From assembly GCF_001194135.2 (NCBI RefSeq), contig NC_069003.1, forward strand, positions 35,660,621 through 35,694,975: 34,355 nt of DNA, read 5' to 3'. The notes beneath the pieces were generated by a model, which saw only the letters and a program-made list of their open reading frames with translations, ran no database searches and was not told where the DNA came from. The position numbers and the translations under genes were made by a program. The number at the start of each line of letters is the position of its first letter. Position 1 is the stretch's first letter. The DNA is from Octopus bimaculoides (taxonomy: Eukaryota). This document shows, piece by piece, positions 25,121 through 34,355 of this stretch.

Positions 25121-25876
25121 NNNNNNNNNNNNNNNNNNNNNNNNNNNNNNNNNNNNNNNNNNNNNNNNNNNNNNNNNNNNNNNNNNNNNNNNNNNNNNNN
25201 NNNNNNNNNNNNNNNNNNNNNNNNNNNNNNNNNNNNNNNNNNNNNNNNNNNNNNNNNNNNNNNNNNNNNNNNNNNNNNNNNNNNNNNNNNNNNNNNNNNN
25301 NNNNNNNNNNNNNNNNNNNNNNNNNNNNNNNNNNNNNNNNNNNNNNNNNNNNNNNNNNNNNNNNNNNNNNNNNNNNNNNNNNNNNNNNNNNNNNNNNNNN
25401 NNNNNNNNNNNNNNNNNNNNNNNNNNNNNNNNNNNNNNNNNNNNNNNNNNNNNNNNNNNNNNNNNNNNNNNNNNNNNNNNNNNNNNNNNNNNNNNNNNNN
25501 NNNNNNNNNNNNNNNNNNNNNNNNNNNNNNNNNNNNNNNNNNNNNNNNNNNNNNNNNNNNNNNNNNNNNNNNNNNNNNNNNNNNNNNNNNNNNNNNNNNN
25601 NNNNNNNNNNNNNNNNNNNNNNNNNNNNNNNNNNNNNNNNNNNNNNNNNNNNNNNNNNNNNNNNNNNNNNNNNNNNNNNNNNNNNNNNNNNNNNNNNNNN
25701 NNNNNNNNNNNNNNNNNNNNNNNNNNNNNNNNNNNNNNNNNNNNNNNNNNNNNNNNNNNNNNNNNNNNNNNNNNNNNNNNNNNNNNNNNNNNNNNNNNNN
25801 NNNNNNNNNNNNNNNNNNNNNNNNNNNNNNNNNNNNNNNNNNNNNNNNNNNNNNNNNNNNNNNNNNNNNNNNNNNN
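25121..25876. other. Assembly gap flanked by (TA)n
   Basis: Run of N. Confidence 1.
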
Positions 25877-25910
<34 letters not shown>

Positions 25911-25988
25911 ACAAATGCATACTTATTAAGTTATAAATATATATATGATACAAATGTATGCTTATCATATATATATATATATGGCAGG

Positions 25989-26270
25989 GTGAAGGCGCAT
26001 GGCTTAGTGTTTAGGATGTTGCACTCACGATTGCGAGATCGTGGGTTCGATTACCAGGCCCGGCGATGCGTTGTGTTCTTGATCAAAGCACTTCATTTCA
26101 CGTTGCTCTGCGATCATTTCATCTTCTGACATGTCGTACGTGGTGCACCTGCACGAGTAATGACGATTTCTTGGAGAAACATTCGATCACTATAAACAAA
26201 TCATCTTTGTGGATGTTCGCCAAGAAATTAGTGAACCTTCATACGTTGTCTAGCGACGGGAGAATCCGCG
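25989..26270 (+). mobile_element. tRNA-derived SINE, family C
   Basis: A-box tggcttagtgtttag, B-box gggttcgattacc, central gtgttcttgatcaaagcacttcatttcacgttgctc. Confidence 0.85.
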
Positions 26271-26685
26271 GTATTTGTATGCATTATAATATATGTAGAT
26301 ATATGTGTATATGTATATATACACACACAAATCTATCTACATACACACACACACATATATATATAGGTACATACATTCATACATACAAAATACATACATA
26401 CATACATACATACATACATACATACGTACGTACATACATACATACATACATACATACATACATACGTACGTACATATGTAGTACAACACCTCTGTATAGG
26501 TGAGGGCATCTCTAAAAATATACATCTAAAGATAGCGAACTGTTAATGGACATAATTAATAATTGGCATTTTCAAAACTGACAACTTCTAAGTGATGAAA
26601 ACAAATACAATCGATATCAAGTATGAATGGCAGTAACACCCCGTCTCACTACACACACACACACACACACACATAAATAAATATC

Positions 26686-26723
<38 letters not shown>

Positions 26724-27070
26724 CATCTATATATATGCGTGTGTGTGTGCATGTGTATGTCTCTGTGTGTGTATATATATATATATGTATATATAATAGA
26801 TATAAATATATATATATATATGTATAATATATGTATTCTAATGTATATATAATAAACAGGATATATAAGTGTGTGTGTGCCTCTGAGTGCGTGTCTGTGT
26901 GTGTGTGTGTGCGTGTGTGCGTGTGTCTATTAATATATATATATGTATGTATATTAATTTATATATATATTTAAAGTATTTTATACATTCATACAAATGT
27001 ACAGATACGTGTATGTAATATGTGTGTATGTGCGTGTGGTGTGTGTGTGTTAGTGTATGTCTGCTTGTTT

Positions 27071-27101
<31 letters not shown>

Positions 27102-27554
27102 TACAAATATATATATACATATATGAATTTCTTAGTGTGTATAACAGTCAGATATGTATATATAGGAACAGACGCACTACATATCCGCAATTCATATTTC
27201 AATTATCGAAAGAAATATAACAATGAGCATGTCGTCGAATTAGTTATAATGATTTTGATCTTTATAATACTGATTGTTGCTCCTTGTGATTAAGTGAAAT
27301 CTGTGCAACTAGTTTATTGCTACGTGTGCATGCATCTCTAAATTGTTGATCGATCAATTGAATTACTGCCCATGGATTTTTAAAGTTGCACAGTGCATCG
27401 GTATTCCACAGACGTTGTTATCCTTAATACTATCAATGGTATAATAAACTGTACTTGTGTATTAATGTTGTAATCTTTCCGACAGACTTCTCAGCGGATC
27501 TCTTTCACTAAGAATCTATATGTGAACTCGAATTTTTTCGGAATTATATTAACC

Positions 27555-27620
27555 CAAGACGCCACGCAGTGGGATCAAACTCTAGACCTCGTGGTTGTGA
27601 AACCACTCCTTGATCATTCA
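27555..27620 (-). mobile_element. Degraded SINE family B head fragment
   Basis: Reverse complement reads cacaaccacgaggtctagagtttgatcccactgcgtggcgtcttggg, similar to the 12369 head. Confidence 0.55.
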
Positions 27621-28134
27621 GCAAAGGCTGGTAATTTTTCACACGAATACATAAAACCATAAACAATTATCAAAAGCATGATCCATGCCATGCATCATGC
27701 TACTGGGTCACGTACTTATTAAACATACAAACATACGTACGTACACACATACATACACTCACATACATACATACATACATACATACATACATACATACAT
27801 ACATACATACATACATACATACATGCATGCATACATTGAAGCGGATTCACTTTTCCACAACTGTCTTCTTATCTCCAGACAATACGATTGTCTTATTCAT
27901 CGTTAGCATATCACCGTTGCAGAATTCTTCATTCTTGCGATTATCTCCCTTTCTCATGTAGAGTTGGTTTAAACTACCATTTGGTAATAATCATCTAAAG
28001 GCAAAGATAATTTCAATAAATCAAGAATTTATGTCGCAAGATTTTTGATATACCTGTATTTGTCTATGTTGTTCAAATACATTGACCACGCTAGATTACT
28101 TCTCTTAGCTCATTCTTATTTATATACGTGTGTG

Positions 28135-28173
<39 letters not shown>

Positions 28174-29379
28174 CTGTGTGTGTGTGTTTGTATGTGTGTA
28201 CGTACGTGTACACACCTACTTTATATATATATATGTATGTGTGTGTGTGCATGCGTGTATGTATATGTATACGTTCACATACTTCTATTAATTTATATAC
28301 ATATATACTTATATGCACGCATGCGCGCGCTCGTGTGTGTCTGTCTATGTGCAAGTATGGAATGCTTGTTTTTGTTTTATTGTATGTATTGAAAACAGAT
28401 ATGTTTTAATCGTATCTTTTTATGAAGGTTTTTACATATGCCTTAATGAGTTAGTTGCATTTTGTTCCTAAAGTTCTTAAATCGACCGTCAACATTTCTA
28501 TAGTTTCAATTCCTCATTCTTAGTTGGAAGAGACAGTATGTAGAGCTATTGGGATCCACATCAGCAGTAACATCTGTATATGAAAGTTGAATGAGATTCA
28601 TATGTCATCAGTTGAATTCATTTGTTTTCCGTTTCTTTTGTGACGAGGGTGCATTGTTTGTGTGTTTTGTTTTATAATCAGCTGTGTTATGCATATTGCT
28701 TCTAGCATCAGTGTGAAATTCTATAATGTCTAGAGATGTTGCGTAATAATATTCTACTCTCTAGTTTTGTGTTTTATTACGTGACACAATGACAATATCT
28801 AAACACCCAAACCTTTCCTCCTAAGCTTGATTCTTTGAACGTTAGGAAGGAGAAATTGCAATGCATTACTCCATTCATCACATAGGACTAAATTAGTCCA
28901 GAAATACATTCACTCAATGAAGAAAGCAATATTCAAAACAACACAATTTTATAATATTCAAAACATCACAATCATTAAATATAACCGCAAATAGCCTACA
29001 CTACAGACCAACAAACATAGACAACTGGTGACATTTCAATCAAACGGTGAAAATATAAAATTCTAGCGGTAATGTAAACACCAGTCGCATTGGCTCTGCT
29101 TGGTATAAAGTGGCCATAACGCACGCCAACATCTCTATGTCTTGAGGCTGATATTATGGACGTTTAGAAAGTATAATGATGGAATTAAGCACTTCAATGT
29201 TCCTTGGAAATTAAAATGGACACACGCACCCATCCACACAAACAAACACTCTAACACATGCGCACACATAATATGATTTTGTTTAGGCATAGCAGTAGTA
29301 ACAGCCAGTTGTTAGAACCACAAGATGTGTACGGAGCGTAATATCAATTAATGGATGACCAAAGAAGAGGAATTATGTT

Positions 29380-29760
29380 AACCATTATCATTAGCTTGCG
29401 GTTGTTTCTGCTATAGGATGTCTATATTCAGAGCTGAGAGCTCGTGCGACATCAAACAGCATCCTCACTGACATTTAAAATGACTCCGAGGCATAACAGT
29501 CTCTTCAAGCACGTTTAATCTCTTTACCATTTTTTTAATGAGCACCAGTAAAGCTTTCTTGATCTACTTTCCTATTATCAATTCAAGAGGGCTTCCTTGA
29601 GATACTTAGTGAAAGCAGAACTGTATCCTTCGACATCAGCATCTGGCATGCGACTCTCCTATTAAAACTGCCAGTCTATGGGTTGCATCCAACTGCTGTC
29701 TCTGGGAGCGGTACTTATTCTGGCACATACTCATTCAACCTTGCTGTGCAACACATTTCG
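29380..29760 (-). mobile_element. Possible old LINE (RTE-like) RT relic
   Basis: Fragments LPETAVGCNP (cf. LPEEQAGFRP) and CQ*GCCLMSHELSALNIDIL (cf. VRQGCVLSPTLFNLYIDIL). Confidence 0.4.
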
Positions 29761-29909
29761 ATTTTGTGTCACACCCTTTCTTCTAAACATCAGAAATTCA
29801 CACGAAATCTATATTGACATGATGAACACAAATCTAAACCATCACCAAAATGCATGCGTGTCAATCTAGTCATTTGCAATAGTAGAAAAACAGAATAAGT
29901 GTAGATATC

Positions 29910-30342
29910 TTTTATCTTTTACTTGTTTCAGTCATTAGGTTGTAGCCATGCTGGGGCACCGACTTGAAGAGTTTGAGTCGAATAAATCGACCCCAGTATT
30001 TTTTTTTTTAGGCCTGGTACTTATTCTATAGGTCACTTTTGCCAAACCGCTAGTATACAGGAACGTAAGCATACCAACACCGGTTTTCAAGTGGTGGTTG
30101 GAGACAAACACGGGCACAAAGATACACAAATACATATGCGCATACACACACACATACACACACACGTATACATATATACGACGGGCTTCTTTCAGTTTCC
30201 GTCTACCAAATCCACACACAAGCCTTCGGTCGGTCCGGGGATATGGAAGAAAGTACCTGCCAAATGTACCACATAGTAGGACTAAACTTGGAACTGTGTG
30301 GTTGGGATGTAAACTTCTTACTGCACAGTCACGCCTGCACCT
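29910..30342 (-). mobile_element. SINE family B, near full length, reverse orientation
   Basis: cgacgggcttctttcagtttccgtctaccaaatcc and ttttacttgtttcagtcatt are reverse complements of the family B body and tail. Confidence 0.9.
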
Positions 30343-30344
30343 TA

Positions 30345-30640
30345 AGGAAACAACAATGCACCTTATTCCACTTAGACACGAACAACACGCAACTTGTACT
30401 CCCACAATTACTGCAACCACTAAAATGTATAACTTAGAATCTCACCTGGCGAGTGCACCTATTCAATACAGTAAAACATTTCAAAGACTGGCCTCCTCTT
30501 TAGAACCAAAAGAGATGTCAAGCTGAGACAAATACTAAATTTCTACAAAGCTCGGGTAAACAACAAAGAGTACTGGTACGACATCAAGACAAACATATGC
30601 CCTAAATCGGATCAAATGAAAGGTCACTCGACTGTCTAGC
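30345..30640 (+). mobile_element. RTE-like LINE RT C-terminal relic
   Basis: KETTM...TPTIT...LAS...SKTFQRL...RDVKLRQILNFYKA resembles the RTE thumb region (KKTEVM..PTIT..YLGS..AFGRL..RDIKL.TK..VYKA). Confidence 0.5.
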
Positions 30641-31017
30641 ATGAAGTCGCTTGAAAACAAATTTTAGCCTCAATCTCATAGCTCTGTTCTCTACTAATTC
30701 TTCTATATTTGTTTTCCTCTACGCAAACAGAGGTAACCAGTGTAGTTTCACCTCCACCCCAGGACTCGTCTTTCTTACACTCAGCAATCAGATTGTGCCA
30801 ACACGCACCTTGCCTACAGTCAAGAAGGAATAGCACTAGAGCTTACACCCAGTCTTTTATATGCGCATATACGTACATGTATGTACATACCTACATCTAC
30901 ATGTATATATATAGATGCATATCTGGGTACAGGACGTAGCAAAAACACGTGGACAAAATGATAAACGGAATACAGAAAACAGACAGGCCACATAGAGAAC
31001 AGTTCCTTCATCAGATG

Positions 31018-31055
<38 letters not shown>

Positions 31056-31059
<4 letters not shown>

Positions 31060-31334
31060 AAGAAAAAGAAACTGGAAATTAGGAAGTTCGTAATTGTTTA
31101 TTATCAACAGCAAATTAATCATCTTCATTTACAGCTGTTTCAATTAATACTCAGTAAATATTAACTAAATATTAAGTTTATATGACCTGAGTATAATATC
31201 TTCAGAGGGAAAAAAATATGTCTTTAGATGTTTTATGTGTGTTTATGGATTCATTATATCAGGGATGATGATTAATTTGCTGTTAGTAATAAACAATTAT
31301 TAACTTCCCAATCTCCATTTTCTCTTTCTTCTTA
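31056..31334. repeat. Long inverted repeat (foldback): 68-bp arms, 143-bp spacer
   Basis: 31056-31123 vs reverse complement of 31267-31334: ungapped, 60/68 identical by manual alignment. Confidence 0.9.
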
Positions 31335-31517
31335 AATATGAATATATACTATGTTTTTATATATGTAGCAATTATTCTAAAGAAATTAATTCTTCCAAAA
31401 TACTAGGTATTGAACTAGTATTTCCTTGGATGAAACCATCCTTGGATGAAACCATCCCTTCATGAAGTTAACACAACCTCTAATCGAATTTATGTGTGTA
31501 TGCGTATGCATTCATTT

Positions 31518-31582
<65 letters not shown>

Positions 31583-31699
31583 CACTTATATATGTATGAA
31601 TGAATGTATGGGTGTGTTATATGTGTATATATAAATATATACACTTATATAAAAATAAATATTCCTAGATATACATAAATGCATGCATATATACACACA

Positions 31700-31832
31700 G
31701 CTGCAGGAGTGGCTGTGTGATAAGAAGTTTGCTTCTCAACGAAATGGTTCTGTAGAACCTTGGCCAAGTGTCTCTTGCTGTAGCCCCGAGCCTACCAAAG
31801 ACTTGTGAGTGAGTTTTGGTAGACAGAAAATC

Positions 31833-31920
<88 letters not shown>

Positions 31921-32112
31921 TGTGTATTTATTTCTAAGTGTATGTGACTTTGTGTTTATCCTCATCACCGCTTGACAACTGGTATTGGTTTGTTTACTTC
32001 CGCGTAAAGAGAGCGAGCGAATAAGTACCAGGCTTGAAAACGTAAGTACAGAGGGCGATTTGTTCCACTAAAAAACCCTTCAAGGCGGTGTCCCAGCATG
32101 GTCGCGGTCAGT
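31700..32112 (+). mobile_element. SINE family B with an expanded (AG)n(TG)n interior
   Basis: gcaggagtggctgtgtgataag head, ccttggccaagtgtctc, ggtagacagaaa, cgcttgacaactgg, aaggcggtgtcccagcatgg. Confidence 0.85.
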
Positions 32113-32280
32113 ATCCAATATATACATCTGTGTGTGCATCTGTCATTATACTTGTATGTACATATTACATTTGTCGATTGTAGGCAAAATACGTTCTTCA
32201 AGGAGATACCCAAATATATACGGCAAGGGTGAGATTTCAGTTACCATGTGTTTACATATATAAACAGAAATATATGTATA

Positions 32281-32321
<41 letters not shown>

Positions 32322-32335
32322 CAAATATCTATCTA

Positions 32336-32386
<51 letters not shown>

Positions 32387-32598
32387 NNNNNNNNNNNNNN
32401 NNNNNNNNNNNNNNNNNNNNNNNNNNNNNNNNNNNNNNNNNNNNNNNNNNNNNNNNNNNNNNNNNNNNNNNNNNNNNNNNNNNNNNNNNNNNNNNNNNNN
32501 NNNNNNNNNNNNNNNNNNNNNNNNNNNNNNNNNNNNNNNNNNNNNNNNNNNNNNNNNNNNNNNNNNNNNNNNNNNNNNNNNNNNNNNNNNNNNNNNNN
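32387..32598. other. Assembly gap flanked by (TA)n
   Basis: Run of N. Confidence 1.
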
Positions 32599-32638
<40 letters not shown>

Positions 32639-34269
32639 TATATGTGTGTGTGTATGTATGAATATATATATATATATACATTTGTGTATATATATATTTA
32701 TATATATATATATATATATATGCATACATATATGTATGCATATACATATATGTATAAACACACATACATACATACATATAATATGCGTGTGTGCGATCGC
32801 ATGTTCATATTTGAAATCTCCCTCCTTCCGACTTTGTTGTCTATCTTTCGAGGTCGATAAAGTAAGTTCCAACCAAGTACTGGACTCTATGTTCTTCAAA
32901 GTGTGTACTTTTGACCAAAAGCAGTTAAAGCAGTTATATATATATACAGATGTGAAGTCATCGATACATATACAAATATGTACAGAAACACAAATAAGTA
33001 TATACACCACACAGCGGCTCACACACACATAAAAAAACACTTATATAGATATATTACTTTGTTTCTGAGTGTCTTTGTGTCTGAGGATGTTTGCGTACGG
33101 GTACGCATATGGGCGTATGTGTCCAAATATTTTTGAATAAACCAAATATGTTTACAAAATCCAAACCCATTTGTAACTTTGGAGATTTTACAAACAAATC
33201 TTCACTTGTCCTGAGATACATATCTCTGTATACATCCCTAAAAGTGTAAGGACTTTCGATGATATCCATTTAAATCATTTTTTCTTGATAATATGCGCTA
33301 AGTTGTAATAAATCATGGATATGAATAAGGCTACAACAATCAGGTTTTGTTTGAATCAAACGTTCATTGGGCCAATATATACTCCAAAATTTCGGCTAAA
33401 TGGAATATAACAGCTTGTGGAAAATGACGAACTATATCCAAAATTTTGATGTATCTCTAGATATTCTCGTTCCTCTATTAACTTTGAAACACCAGTTATT
33501 TTTCGAAAGTTAATTTATATATATTATTCAGCACATTTTATAAACAAAACAGATTAGAGAAACAGAGTGTCGTGGAAAATTCAGAGAGATTATTGAAGAA
33601 AATATATGGCGGTGCACAAGCAAGGCCATAGACAACTGGTGGCAATAGTTAATAAATCTGTTTAAATTGTATGTGCATAAAGATGTTTGGCATGTTTGTA
33701 AGAGAATGTACATATGTAAAAATATCTAAATATATTATATTAGTGAATAGTATTAAAAAAATTCTATGCAACCATATTACATCTATAAAAATTTTAAAAA
33801 CAATAGGGGTCATAATACTTGTATTTCTAGAGAAAATACGCTAAAATAAGACATTTCGAGCAAGAGAAAGTTAGAAATAACGGGAGAATTTTCTTGAAAT
33901 ATATTTCAGTGCGAGTAAAATTAAGTATTAACAAAATAATAATAATAATAATAATAACCTTTTTTTATAGATAATCTATCAAACCCGGCATGCGAACACA
34001 CACGCACAAACTTATATGTGATATAGCCATGTTCAATTATAAATACACACCCGTGTGTGTGTGTGCCTGTGTGCCTGTGTGTTTGTGCGCGTGCGCGCGT
34101 ATGTATATAAATATAGAAAGAAAGAGTGAGGGAGAGAGAGAGACAGACAGACAGAAAGAGAGACAGACAGACAGAAAAAGAGACAGACAGACAGAAAGAG
34201 AGACAGAGCTGGGGACCTAGGGAGAGATAAATATGTATAATATATATGCATATGTGTATATGCTTAGTT

Positions 34270-34290
34270 ATGTATATATATGTATATATA

Positions 34291-34355
<65 letters not shown>
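34270..34355. repeat. (TC)n(TA)n microsatellite at the window end
   Basis: Directly visible. Confidence 0.95.

Noticed and set aside
25989-26065. tRNA gene
   Set aside because: The A and B boxes are followed by a SINE body and there is no complete cloverleaf; the same applies to the other SINE heads.
30425-30450. Donor CAG|GTGAGA as the end of exon 1
   Set aside because: There is an in-frame TGA six codons upstream, and the region reads as an RTE relic on the opposite strand.

Overview
AT-rich, microsatellite- and transposon-dense animal genomic DNA with six assembly gaps (about 2.5 kb of N). The tRNA-derived SINE families look like those of Octopus, so a coleoid cephalopod origin is likely (recognised by eye, not searched). 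The only host coding sequence I can support is one minus-strand internal exon of Wnt1/wingless (6291-6544, 254 nt, phase 2/phase 1, the same length and phases as human WNT1 exon 2). I could not find Wnt1 exon 1 or exon 3, so most or all of the rest is probably very long intron, although exon 1 could lie in a gap or have been missed. Decayed mobile DNA includes an internally deleted irritans-type mariner with intact TIRs, a split R4/Dong-like RLE retrotransposon with a (TAA)n end, a Tx1/L1-like relic, weaker RTE-like relics, about 15 SINE copies (one nested pair, one tandem pair), a hAT/Charlie MITE with a perfect 8-bp TSD, and an unclassified foldback with 68-bp arms. Nearly all long ORFs in the supplied track are microsatellite or N-gap artefacts. 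I found no convincing new biological system. The best leads concern Wnt1 pre-mRNA processing: a frame-preserving 51-nt candidate cassette exon, a structured GC-rich intronic island, and inverted SINEs flanking the exon. All three are hypotheses. TE boundaries are approximate unless TIRs or TSDs are quoted.
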